Origin: Halanaerobium sp.
Lineage (GTDB): Bacteria > Bacillota > Halanaerobiia > Halanaerobiales > Halanaerobiaceae
Reading direction: 5' to 3'
Assembly (NCBI GenBank): GCA_046541575.1
Contig: JBKHDA010000001.1
Span: forward strand, 24,243-88,242
DNA length: 64,000 bases
The position numbers and the translations under genes are program-made. Positions within the stretch are counted from its first letter, which is position 1. Every line of letters begins with the position of its first letter. Below, in pieces: positions 50,428-59,875 of the stretch. Under the pieces are notes generated by a model. The model saw only the letters and a program-made list of their open reading frames with translations, was not told the origin of the DNA and did not search any database.

Positions 50428-52734
50428 TTGAATCACGAAGATTTTTTTAAGATTAAAGATGACTGGAATTTACAAATTGAAAGTTTAAAAGAAGAACAGC
50501 TTGTTCATTACGGCAGTAATTTACTGTGTGGAAATGGATATTTAGGTTATAGAGGTACTCTGGAAGAATGGGGTAAAGATCAATATCAGGCCTGTATTAT
50601 AACTGATACATATGACATGGCTGATGGTAAATGGAGAGAACTTTCTAATTCTCCTAATGCATTAACAACAGAGCTAATGGTTGGAGAAGAAAAAATAGGT
50701 GATTATCCCGGTCAATTAAAGATGGATACTGAATTGGATTTTAATTTTAAATATGGAGTTTTTAAAAGAATATCAGAATCAAAGATAGATAGTGAAATTG
50801 AAATAATTTCAGAAAGATTTGCCTCATATGATAATCTCCATTTGATTGCAAATAATTATAAAGTAAATAATTTAGCGAAAAAAGAATTAGAATTAAAAAT
50901 AGGAATAAATGGAGATGTCTGGGATTTAAATGGATCTCATTTAGAAAATTTCAGTGGAGAATATGATTCAAATAAAAATATATTATATTTAAAGGCTGAG
51001 ACCGGGGAAAGCGAGATAACTCTGGTGACAGCTTTATCTTTTAAATTCAAAGATGGTAAGGTAAAAAATGTAAAGGTTGAAAATGAGGAAAAGTCTATCT
51101 ACCTTTTAATAAATGTTGAGGCTGAGTCAGGTAAAATAAATTTAGACAGAAATATGATTGTATATTCAAGTAATGACCTGGAAAACCCATTAGAAGCCGC
51201 TCTTAATGATGCAGTTGAAACTCTTGAATCCGGTTATAAAAAACTTAAAAAAGATCATCAGGCAGTCTGGGATAAAAAATGGGAACTGATGGATATTAAA
51301 ATAGAGGGTAATCATCTTGATCAGCTGGCAGTAAGATTTAACCTCTATCACAATATCATAGCAACTCCAGCTCACAGCGAGCGATTACCAATTGGTGCTC
51401 GTGGTTTGTCCTGCCAGGCATATCAGGGAGCTGCTTTCTGGGATCAGGAAATTTTCAATTTACCTATGTTTCTATTTACTGAAACTGAAACTGCAAAAAA
51501 TATATTAAAATACCGCTATCATACTTTAGACGGAGCCCGTAAAAAAGCTGAAGATTTAGGCTATGATGGAGCATTTTATGCCTGGATTTCGGGTAAAAGT
51601 GGAAAAGAGCTGTGTCCTTCCTTTTTCTTTAAAGATGTAATCAGCGGACGTAAAATTAGAAATCATTTTAATGACTGGCAGATACATGTTTCGCCTGATA
51701 TAAGTTATACAATCTGGAAATACTATTTAGCAACTGAAGATATTGATTTTATTGTTGATTATGGTTCAGAAATTTTATTTGAAGTGGCGCGATTTTTACA
51801 TTCAAGGGTCCATTACAACCAATATAAAGATCAGTATGAGATTATTCGTCTTTTGGGTCCGGATGAATATCACGAAAATGTAGATAATAATGCCTTTACA
51901 AATTACCAGACACATTTTGCACTTAAAAAGGCACTATATTTTTATCATAAAATGGAAAATGAATATCCTAAAAAACTAAATAACTTAAAAAATAAAATTC
52001 AGCTGCACGATTCTGAAGTTACAGCCTGGCAGCAGATTGCAGAAAAAATTTATTTGCCGCAGCCAGATGAGAATAATCTAATTGAGCAGTTTGACGGTTA
52101 TTTTGAGCTGGAAGATACTACTGCTGAAGTGCTGGAAGAAAGATTAATTGATAAGGAAGAATACTGGGGTTGGCCTAATGGGGTAGCTGTATTTACTCAG
52201 GTAATCAAACAGGCAGATGTTATCCAGTTATTTACACTGCATGATATATTCTCAAAAGAAGTACTGGCTGCTAATTATGACTATTATGAACCGAGAACAC
52301 AGCATGGTTCTTCTTTAAGTCCATCACAGTATGCAGTGGTTGCAGCAGAACTTGGAAGAGCAGAAGAGGCTTATGATTACTTTAAAAAATCAGCATTTAT
52401 TGATTTGATGAGTACAAATAAAGCTGTAAGTGGAGGGACCTTTATTGGTGGAGTTCATACTGCAGCTGCAGGAGGAATCTGGCAGCTGATTGTAAATGGT
52501 TTTGTTGGTATGAAAATTGATAGAGCGGGACTTTCTTTTAAACCTGTACTCTGCCAGGAATGGGAAGAAATTGATTTTAAACTTAATTATCGAGATAAAA
52601 AGTTTAGTGTAGTTTTAAATCAGGATCAATTTAAGTTGAGATCTGATACAGAAAATGAAGAAAAATTAGAATTTAGAGTTTTTGAAAATGAATATACTCT
52701 TCAACCTGCAGAAGAAATTACAATTGAAATATAA
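50428..52734 (+). CDS. GH65 phosphorylase, probably 1,2-alpha-glucosylglycerol phosphorylase
   Basis: GNGYLGYRG, ARGLSCQAYQGAAFWDQE, GPDEYHE, KQAD and HGSSLS motifs. Long segments match my recollection of the Bacillus selenitireducens enzyme. TTG start behind AGGAGG. Confidence 0.85.
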   Translation: MNHEDFFKIKDDWNLQIESLKEEQLVHYGSNLLCGNGYLGYRGTLEEWGKDQYQACIITDTYDMADGKWRELSNSPNALTTELMVGEEKIGDYPGQLKMDTELDFNFKYGVFKRISESKIDSEIEIISERFASYDNLHLIANNYKVNNLAKKELELKIGINGDVWDLNGSHLENFSGEYDSNKNILYLKAETGESEITLVTALSFKFKDGKVKNVKVENEEKSIYLLINVEAESGKINLDRNMIVYSSNDLENPLEAALNDAVETLESGYKKLKKDHQAVWDKKWELMDIKIEGNHLDQLAVRFNLYHNIIATPAHSERLPIGARGLSCQAYQGAAFWDQEIFNLPMFLFTETETAKNILKYRYHTLDGARKKAEDLGYDGAFYAWISGKSGKELCPSFFFKDVISGRKIRNHFNDWQIHVSPDISYTIWKYYLATEDIDFIVDYGSEILFEVARFLHSRVHYNQYKDQYEIIRLLGPDEYHENVDNNAFTNYQTHFALKKALYFYHKMENEYPKKLNNLKNKIQLHDSEVTAWQQIAEKIYLPQPDENNLIEQFDGYFELEDTTAEVLEERLIDKEEYWGWPNGVAVFTQVIKQADVIQLFTLHDIFSKEVLAANYDYYEPRTQHGSSLSPSQYAVVAAELGRAEEAYDYFKKSAFIDLMSTNKAVSGGTFIGGVHTAAAGGIWQLIVNGFVGMKIDRAGLSFKPVLCQEWEEIDFKLNYRDKKFSVVLNQDQFKLRSDTENEEKLEFRVFENEYTLQPAEEITIEI

Positions 52735-52759
52735 GCAATTTTTTAGAAAGAGTAATATC

Positions 52760-52789
52760 AAAAAAGGCTCCCTGTTAACAGGGAGCCTT
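52760..52789. terminator. bidirectional terminator
   Basis: AAGGCTCCCTGTT|AACAGGGAGCCTT between convergent genes. Confidence 0.85.
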
Positions 52790-52816
52790 AAATATTTTCT
52801 TGAATTTAAAATGATA

Positions 52817-53614
52817 TTAAACTGAAAGCAGCATTCGGTCATTATTAAACTTACTACCATGTTTAATTTCAAACATTTTAAGCAATTTTTCTATTGTTAG
52901 ATCATTTTTTTCTTCACCATCAATATCGTAAATAATCTGACCACCATCCATCATAATTAAGCGGTTACCCATTTTGATAGCATCTTCCATATTGTGGGTA
53001 ATCATTAAAGTTGTAATGTTGTTTTCATTCACCAGATCTGCAGTCAACCTCTTTATTTTTATAGCTGTTGCAGGATCTAAAGCAGCTGTATGCTCATCTA
53101 AAAGTAGTAAACGTGGGTTAGCTACAGTGGCCATAAGAAGTGTTAAAGCCTGCCGCTGACCACCTGATAATAGTTTAACCTTAGTAGTTAATCTTTTTTC
53201 TAAACCCAGATCAATCTTTTCTAAATGTTTACGCATGATTTCTCTTTTGTGTTTATTTAGTCCCCATTTAAGTGAAAGGTTATTTGACTTTGAGATTGCA
53301 AGTGAAAGATTTTCTTCAATTGTCATCTCAGGAGATGTTCCGGCTAATGGGTTTTGAAAAACACGGCCAATTTTTTGAGCACATTTATATTCTGTTTTTT
53401 TAGTAATGTTTTCATTATCCAAAATAATGCTTCCATTGTCTACCGGGAAAACACCAGCAATAGAATTTAAAAGAGTTGATTTTCCTGCTCCATTACTCCC
53501 TACAATTGTAATAAAGTCTCCTTCATTAACAGTTAAATCTATTTTTTTAATTGCTACGTTCTCGTTTGGAGTACCTTTGTAAAAAATTTTTTCTAAGTTT
53601 TTGACTTTCAGCAT
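52817..53614 (-). CDS. ABC ATPase of a TrpXYZ-like importer
   Basis: GSNGAGKST, LSGGQRQAL and LDEHTAALDP motifs. Confidence 0.93.
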   Translation of the reverse strand: MLKVKNLEKIFYKGTPNENVAIKKIDLTVNEGDFITIVGSNGAGKSTLLNSIAGVFPVDNGSIILDNENITKKTEYKCAQKIGRVFQNPLAGTSPEMTIEENLSLAISKSNNLSLKWGLNKHKREIMRKHLEKIDLGLEKRLTTKVKLLSGGQRQALTLLMATVANPRLLLLDEHTAALDPATAIKIKRLTADLVNENNITTLMITHNMEDAIKMGNRLIMMDGGQIIYDIDGEEKNDLTIEKLLKMFEIKHGSKFNNDRMLLSV

Positions 53615-53620
53615 ATTTTA

Positions 53621-54487
53621 TCACCTCAATGCCTTTTTTATTCTTGGAGTTGATAAGAAAATTATAACAAGAATTGCAGTTAACAACTTTAAATCGGAAG
53701 CTGCCAGTCCCAGATTGAGTGCAATAGAGATACTAAAACGGTAAAGAATAGACCCTATAATAACACCAATTGTGGCAATTATTATTGATTTTTCCCCGAT
53801 TACAACTTCACCAATAATCACAGAAGCAAGACCGGCTATAATAGTACCAACACCCATATTTACATCTGCAAATCCCTGATACTGACCGACAAGTGCACCT
53901 GATAAGGAAACCAGTGCATTGGAAATGATTAAGCCCAGCATTTTCATTGAGTTAGTGCTAATCCCCATACTTCTAATCATCTGTGGATTATCACCGGTAG
54001 CTCTTAATGCAAAACCTATTTGAGTATTTAAAAATGCATCAAGAACTAATTTGACAGCAGTTATAACTACAATCAGTAAAAGTAAATTGTTCCAGGGATA
54101 GGGCACTCCCATGTCTCTAATAAAAGAAAAAATAGTTCCTTTACCAATTAGCGGAATATTTGGTCTACCCATTATTCTTAAATTAATTGAGTATAAAGAG
54201 GTCATTGTTAAAATACCGGATAAAAGAGGAGCTATTTTTAGCTTGGTATTTAAAAAACCTGTAATTGCTCCAGCAAGTCCACCGGCGATAATAGATGCCC
54301 CCAGAGAATAAAATGGATTCATTCCCATGGTTAATAATCTAGCTGAGATAGCAGCTCCTAAAGGGAGACTGCCGTCAACAGTAAGGTCAGCAAAATCAAG
54401 AATTCTAAAAGATATAAATACACCCAGGGCCATGATCCCAAAAGCCAGACCCTGTTCTAAAGACGTAATTACAAAACTTAGACTCAT
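53621..54487 (-). CDS. ABC permease of a TrpXYZ-like importer
   Basis: FADLTVDGS, YSINLRIMG and RATGDN motifs. Confidence 0.92.
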   Translation of the reverse strand: MSLSFVITSLEQGLAFGIMALGVFISFRILDFADLTVDGSLPLGAAISARLLTMGMNPFYSLGASIIAGGLAGAITGFLNTKLKIAPLLSGILTMTSLYSINLRIMGRPNIPLIGKGTIFSFIRDMGVPYPWNNLLLLIVVITAVKLVLDAFLNTQIGFALRATGDNPQMIRSMGISTNSMKMLGLIISNALVSLSGALVGQYQGFADVNMGVGTIIAGLASVIIGEVVIGEKSIIIATIGVIIGSILYRFSISIALNLGLAASDLKLLTAILVIIFLSTPRIKKALR

Positions 54488-54537
54488 AACACACCTCACA
54501 CCATTTCTAAACTATATATTTTATTAACAATTTCATT

Positions 54538-55518
54538 TTATTCCTGGTTAATTTCTTCATAAGTTTCATCAGCTCTCTCTAATACATCATCCGGGATTTC
54601 CAGATCAAGATTCTCAGCAGCTTTTGTATTTAAATATAATTTTAGTTCATCAGAACTTTCAACAGCCATTTCAGCTGGATTTTCACCATTAAGAACTCGG
54701 GCTGCCATTTTACCGGTTTGAATACCTAATAATTTATAGTCAATTCCTAAAGTTGCAATCGCTCCCTGTTTAACCTGCCCATTTTCTGAGGCAAATACCG
54801 GGATATTGTTTTCATTAGTAATATTTAAAACAGATGGTAAAGCAGAAACAATAATATTGTCAGTTGGTACATAAATTGCATCAACATCTCCAATTAGAGA
54901 GGAGGTAGCCAGACTAACCTCACTACTGTTGCTTACTGTTCCTTCATGCAGTTCAATTCCCATTTCTTCAGCAGTTTCTTTTGCCAGGTCTACCTGGACA
55001 ACTGAATTCACTTCACCTGGATTATAAAGTACTCCGAGGTCAGAAATTTCCGGAAGGAACTCTTTTATTAATTTAACCTGTTCAGCAACCGGATTCATAT
55101 CCGTAGTTCCTGTAAGATTTCCACCGGGAGCTTCCATACTTTCTACTATACCTGCTTCTTCAGGATCAGTAACTGCAGTAAATAATACCGGTGTATCTGA
55201 AATTACATTTGCTGCGGCCTGAGCATTAGGAGTAGCAATTGCTAAAATTAAATCAAGATCATTATCCTTGAACTGTTGAGAAATTGATTGAGCAGTAGAA
55301 AAATCGGCCTGAGCGTTTTGAGTATTAAACTCAACCTCATCTTCACTAAATCCTTCTTCTGCTAAACCTTCAATAAAGCCTTCACGTGCTGCATCTAAAG
55401 CTGGATGCTCAACAAACTGTGAAATACCTATCTTATATTCCTGAGCACCTGCAGTTAAAGCGGTGGTTAAAATCAACATAAAAGTTAACACTAATACAAT
55501 TAAAAGTTCTTTTTTCAT
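54538..55518 (-). CDS. TrpX-like (aromatic amino acid-type) ABC binding protein
   Basis: QFVEHPALD, AIATP, AVTDP, PTDN and GIQTG motifs; start ATG 55518 behind AGGGGAG. Confidence 0.9.
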   Translation of the reverse strand: MKKELLIVLVLTFMLILTTALTAGAQEYKIGISQFVEHPALDAAREGFIEGLAEEGFSEDEVEFNTQNAQADFSTAQSISQQFKDNDLDLILAIATPNAQAAANVISDTPVLFTAVTDPEEAGIVESMEAPGGNLTGTTDMNPVAEQVKLIKEFLPEISDLGVLYNPGEVNSVVQVDLAKETAEEMGIELHEGTVSNSSEVSLATSSLIGDVDAIYVPTDNIIVSALPSVLNITNENNIPVFASENGQVKQGAIATLGIDYKLLGIQTGKMAARVLNGENPAEMAVESSDELKLYLNTKAAENLDLEIPDDVLERADETYEEINQE

Positions 55519-55700
55519 TTTTACTCCCCTTTCTAACTGGTAGTGGGGATAATAATAAAAAAACACTCCTGGTGGAGTGTTAAATAGCTTTCAGCTAAAT
55601 AGTTTAAAATAGGGTATAAATGCCCCTTGATTAAACTAATAGCTCAGCTTTCCCTACAAATTTCTCCTACCGTATTACCATGCTACCAGTTATTTTATTT
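55519..55700 (-). promoter_or_regulatory. structured leader/attenuator of the TrpXYZ-like operon
   Basis: Terminator AACACTCC-ACCA-GGAGTGTT plus U-tract (55556-55581); anti-SD TCCCC; 10-bp long-range inverted repeat 55534-55543 / 55683-55692. Confidence 0.75.
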
Positions 55701-55705
55701 TCTTT

Positions 55706-55735
55706 ATTATACTATTATAATAGCACTTTTGTCAA
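55706..55735 (-). promoter_or_regulatory. sigma-A promoter of the TrpXYZ-like operon
   Basis: TTGACA, 18-bp spacer, TATAAT on the minus strand. Confidence 0.75.
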
Positions 55736-55775
55736 CTGTAATTAGAAATAGCTTTTCTCTAACATAAGTATTTTT

Positions 55776-56198
55776 TTAAGACTGGTCATCCAGTAATGAA
55801 CGATGGCTTAATCCAACAGTAACTTCATTTAAATTAAACATACCTACACCAAAAAATACAGCAACAACAATATGTTCTCCACTTCGGGCAACACCAATCT
55901 TACCTCCGACATTTAACCCCATTGTTCTGGGCATGATCTGAGTAACTGCATCATGCGCTGCCCCGGCAACTGCTCCCTGAGCAACGTGGGATTCATTTAT
56001 TATATTTTCTCTTTTAGCAGCAATAACTGCTCTTTCAATAATTTCAGGTACTGATTTATTAAATTCTCCCCCAAAATCAACAGCTGCAGTATTTATATCA
56101 TCAGCTGCAAAATCTTTTTTTAATTCTTTTTCTTCACTTCGACTTGATATTGCCATTTTGATAGCTGCTTTTGCAGTTTCTAAACTATTATGTTCCAT
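55776..56198 (-). CDS. hutP: HutP-family RNA-binding protein (variant without the His ligands)
   Basis: 140 aa; AAVDFGG...IERAVIAAKRE...GAVAGAAHDA...GGKIGVARSGEHIVVAVFFGVG...GLSHR fits the clostridial HutP family. Confidence 0.85.
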   Translation of the reverse strand: MEHNSLETAKAAIKMAISSRSEEKELKKDFAADDINTAAVDFGGEFNKSVPEIIERAVIAAKRENIINESHVAQGAVAGAAHDAVTQIMPRTMGLNVGGKIGVARSGEHIVVAVFFGVGMFNLNEVTVGLSHRSLLDDQS

Positions 56199-56426
56199 AA
56201 TTTTTCCTCCTCTGTATTTGTTGTCTTAATTATAGCAGAGATTTTAGCTAAAGTGAAATCAAATAAGTAAATAATTATTGATTTAAAAATTTTTTTATTT
56301 TAACTATATAAAATTGAGCTTTAATTGCATAATTAGCTGATATAATTTATAATATATTAATGTAATTATTTTCAAATCAATTTTCTGCTGATAAAATTAA
56401 TTTTAATTATAAAGTATTAAAAAAGT

Positions 56427-56987
56427 TTGGAGGGGTTTAAAATAAATATTTTACTCGTAGCTTTAGCCCTGGCTCTGGATGCAGCTGGTGTGACAATGGC
56501 AATCGGTTGTGGTACTAAAACAAATTTAATAGAAAAAATCAAAGTTGTTTTTTCTTTTGGTTTTTTTCAATTTTTATTTGCTCTGCTTGGAGGTTTAGTG
56601 GGGCATTATGTTGATCAGAATTTTTTTGCAATCTCTAATTACTTTAGTGGTACAGTTATATTTTTGCTGGGTATTTTTCTGATCAGAGAAGGATATAAAA
56701 ATGAAGAAGAGTGTATTTATAGAAAGCTTAGTCTCTGGGTAGTTATCGTTTTAGGTGTAAGTGTGAGTATTGATGCCCTTGGTGCTGGTTTTTCACTGCT
56801 TTATGATTTAGATTACTCATTAATTTTACAGGACTCTTTAATAATTGGTTTAATTGCTTCTATAATTACTGCAGTTTCTTTTAAAATTGTTATCTACATT
56901 AAACATATTTCTTTAGTGGAAAAATATGCAGATTATTTAGGTGGATTTATTTTATTATTAATTGGAATTAATACTTTTTTTGTTTAA
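56427..56987 (+). CDS. mntP: MntP-family manganese efflux protein
   Basis: ALALDA, FGFFQ and VSIDALGAG motifs, six TM segments; start uncertain. Confidence 0.8.
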   Translation: MEGFKINILLVALALALDAAGVTMAIGCGTKTNLIEKIKVVFSFGFFQFLFALLGGLVGHYVDQNFFAISNYFSGTVIFLLGIFLIREGYKNEEECIYRKLSLWVVIVLGVSVSIDALGAGFSLLYDLDYSLILQDSLIIGLIASIITAVSFKIVIYIKHISLVEKYADYLGGFILLLIGINTFFV

Positions 56988-57013
56988 AATAGAAATATAT
57001 CTATATAAATTTT

Positions 57014-57067
57014 AAAAGAACTGCCTCAGTCTGATCTTACTTGCAAACTGAGGCAGCTTTATTTTTT
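57014..57067. terminator. bidirectional terminator
   Basis: CTGCCTCAGT / ACTGAGGCAG between convergent genes. Confidence 0.75.
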
Positions 57068-57110
57068 GAATCATATTGAGAAAGTTTCTGTTCCAATATT
57101 TGGATAATAC

Positions 57111-58277
57111 TTATATTTTAGTTAAAAGAGTAATTACTTCGATATGTTTCGTGTGTGGAAACATATCTACTGCTTTAAATTTTTGCAGTTTGTAATTATG
57201 ATTTTCCAGTTCTTTTAAATCTCGTGCTAAGCTCTTTGGATTACAGGAGATATATAAAATCTCATTTGCTTCTGCGGCAGCAATTTTTGTAAGAGCTTTA
57301 GGATTAATCCCGGGTCTTGGAGGGTCAATAACCAGCAGATCTGGACTCTGATCAATTTCATTAATTTTTTCCAACACATCTCCAGCAATATATTCTGTAT
57401 TTTGAACATTATTTAGCCTGGCATTTTCAGCAGCTCTCTCAGCAGCTTCCTGGTCAATTTCTATCCCATAGATTTTTGCAGCATCAGCAGCAATAGACTG
57501 GGAAATAGTTCCAGCTCCACAGTAAAGATCATAAACCACCTTATCTTCAGCACTGCTTATATATTTTTCTGCCTCAGAGTATAATAATTCTGCTCCTTTT
57601 GTATTGGTCTGGAAAAAGGAAAGAGAATCAATTTTAAATTGATTATCCAGCAGCTGATCATAAAAGTAATTACGTCCGTGATAGATTTTCATTTCATCAC
57701 AGCTTACCTGATCTGAAAAATCATCATTAATTGTCTGGATAAATCCAACCAGCTCTCCCTGTAAATCAAGAGCTTTTAATTGTTCAGTTAGGGGAGAAAA
57801 ATCATGATTCTGCTGGCTGGTAGTAATCAGATTGGCTACAAGCTCTCCAGTATTGATGCCCTTTCTAATTACCAGGTTTCGCAAAAAACCTTCTCTTAAT
57901 TTAATATGGTATTTTTTGAATTCATTTTCCCGGCAGTATTCTAAGATAGTACTTAAAATATCTCTAAAATCCTGATCAACTAATAAACATTGATCAACTG
58001 TAATTACATCAAATCTTCTGCCCCGGGGATGCATTCCCAGCTGCAGAGTACCGCCTTTTTTTAAATCCCCAAAACTAAACTCCATATTATTTCTGTATTC
58101 ATAAATATCAGGACTTGCTAGAATCCCTTCAAAATTATCAGTTTCAATTTTTTTTTCTTTAAAAATTTCTAAAAGATTATTCTTTTTGTCTTTCAGCTGT
58201 TTAGAATAGGGTACTTCCTGAATTGAACAGCCCCCACAGCGATCATAATGAACACATAAATCTTTATTTTTTGTCAA
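57111..58277 (-). CDS. rlmD: 23S rRNA m5U methyltransferase (RlmD-type, no TRAM domain)
   Basis: CxHYxxCGGC Fe-S motif, SFFQTN, DLYCGAG, DPPR, YISCNP and DMFPHT motifs. Confidence 0.9.
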   Translation of the reverse strand: MTKNKDLCVHYDRCGGCSIQEVPYSKQLKDKKNNLLEIFKEKKIETDNFEGILASPDIYEYRNNMEFSFGDLKKGGTLQLGMHPRGRRFDVITVDQCLLVDQDFRDILSTILEYCRENEFKKYHIKLREGFLRNLVIRKGINTGELVANLITTSQQNHDFSPLTEQLKALDLQGELVGFIQTINDDFSDQVSCDEMKIYHGRNYFYDQLLDNQFKIDSLSFFQTNTKGAELLYSEAEKYISSAEDKVVYDLYCGAGTISQSIAADAAKIYGIEIDQEAAERAAENARLNNVQNTEYIAGDVLEKINEIDQSPDLLVIDPPRPGINPKALTKIAAAEANEILYISCNPKSLARDLKELENHNYKLQKFKAVDMFPHTKHIEVITLLTKI

Positions 58278-58316
58278 AATTGAGCCTCCTATAATTTATT
58301 TAAGCTGCAGATCAGC

Positions 58317-59642
58317 CTAAATTGTTTGATAGATATTAAAAAGCATAATAAATAATACGGCTGCCGGTACAATGTATTTTAAAAAGAGAGAATAAGTATT
58401 TCCAATTTTAAAACGACTGTTTTTATTTGCTTCTTCCACTGCATTTTTGCTGCCCCAGATATGACCGACAAAAATTGAGGTTAAAATTCCTCCTGTTGGT
58501 AAGAAAATAGAGTTGGAAAACCAGTCATAGGTATCAAGCAGATCCATTCCTAAAAAGCTGAAGTTAGAAAATGAGCTGTAACCTAAAAGTGGTGGAATTC
58601 CTACCAAAAATATAACAAAACCCATTAAATAAGAAGCTTTTTTTCTCTTCCAATCATATTCATCAATTAAAAATGCTACTACAACTTCCAGCATTGAGAT
58701 AGAAGAAGTTAAAGCTGCAATTGTAAGCAGTAAAAAGAAGATTAATGAGAAAAAAGTGCCAAAAGGCATTTGGGTAAAAACAGCAGGCAGAGTAATAAAA
58801 GTTAAACCAGGGCCAGATGCTGGATCAAGCCCAAAGGCAAAAACAGCTGGAAAAATTGCAAAACCTGCCAGTAAAGCTACAGCTGTATCAAAAATTAGTA
58901 CATAAGCTGCACTTTCATTAATGCTTTCTTTTTTACTTAAATAGCTGCCGTAGGTAATCATAGCTCCCATACCGAGGCTTAAGGTGAAAAATGCCTGTGA
59001 AATTGCATCAGCAAAGGTCTGAAAATTAATTGCTGAAAAATCTGGTTTTAGATAGAAATTGAGTCCTGCTGCAGCGCCATCCAGTGTAACTGAGCGAATG
59101 ATTAATAAAAAAATAATTCCGAATAAAATTGGCATCAAAAATTTAACAAGTTTTTGAATTCCATTGACTACGCCGGCACCAATAACAGCGATTGTTAAGA
59201 ACATAAAAATACCATGCCATAAAATCGGCTCTGTCAGACTGCTGATGTGAGCCTCGAAAATTTGGGGGAAATTACTTTCAGCAGTAAAAGTCAGTGATTT
59301 AAAGATATAAGATATTCCCCAGCCGGCAATAACAGAATAGTAACTTAAAATAACAAAACCTGAGAGAACACCAAGTGCTCCAACCAGAGGCCAGGCAGTG
59401 TCAGGTGCCATTTTTTTAAAAGCGCCAATGGGGTTTTTCTGAGTAATCCTTCCCAGAGACATTTCAGAAACTAAAATTGGATAACCAATAAATAAGATTG
59501 CTGCTAAATAAATTAAAATAAAAATTGCTCCACCATTTGTCCCCGTAATAAAAGGAAAACGCCAGATATTACCAAGGCCGATGGCCGATCCAGATGCAGC
59601 CAGAATGAAGCCAAGTCTGGAAGTCCAGTTTTCTCTTTCCAT
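58317..59642 (-). CDS. NSS/SNF sodium-dependent amino-acid transporter (MhsT-like)
   Basis: GSAIGLGNIWRFP, QAFFTLSLGMG and GPGLTF motifs. Confidence 0.93.
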   Translation of the reverse strand: MERENWTSRLGFILAASGSAIGLGNIWRFPFITGTNGGAIFILIYLAAILFIGYPILVSEMSLGRITQKNPIGAFKKMAPDTAWPLVGALGVLSGFVILSYYSVIAGWGISYIFKSLTFTAESNFPQIFEAHISSLTEPILWHGIFMFLTIAVIGAGVVNGIQKLVKFLMPILFGIIFLLIIRSVTLDGAAAGLNFYLKPDFSAINFQTFADAISQAFFTLSLGMGAMITYGSYLSKKESINESAAYVLIFDTAVALLAGFAIFPAVFAFGLDPASGPGLTFITLPAVFTQMPFGTFFSLIFFLLLTIAALTSSISMLEVVVAFLIDEYDWKRKKASYLMGFVIFLVGIPPLLGYSSFSNFSFLGMDLLDTYDWFSNSIFLPTGGILTSIFVGHIWGSKNAVEEANKNSRFKIGNTYSLFLKYIVPAAVLFIMLFNIYQTI

Positions 59643-59838
59643 AATAAATCCTCCTATTTGTTTTAATTTTTAATATTTGCTTTTGCCAGTTTATTTTATC
59701 ATATTAGCAGGCAGGCATCAATGCCTAAATTTTAAGGATTAGAGGCGTTTAATATCACAATAAATTTAAAATATCCTTATTTATTTGAAAACGATTAAGT
59801 AAAGTTAAATACATTTTTTTGATTTTTGTCGTAAAAGC

Positions 59839-59867
59839 TGGAAATTGTTGAATTAATTTGTTATAAT
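59839..59867 (+). promoter_or_regulatory. sigma-A promoter of the plus-strand NSS gene
   Basis: TGGAAA, 17-bp spacer, TG-extended TATAAT. Confidence 0.6.
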
Positions 59868-59875
59868 ACATTCAA

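Noticed and set aside
55519-55700. T-box riboswitch before the TrpX-like gene
   Set aside because: No GGTGGNACC(G/A)CG T-box sequence or stem I motifs on the coding strand.
56199-56426. yybP-ykoY manganese riboswitch before mntP
   Set aside because: Spacer is almost all A/T and lacks the conserved GGGGAGUA-type core.
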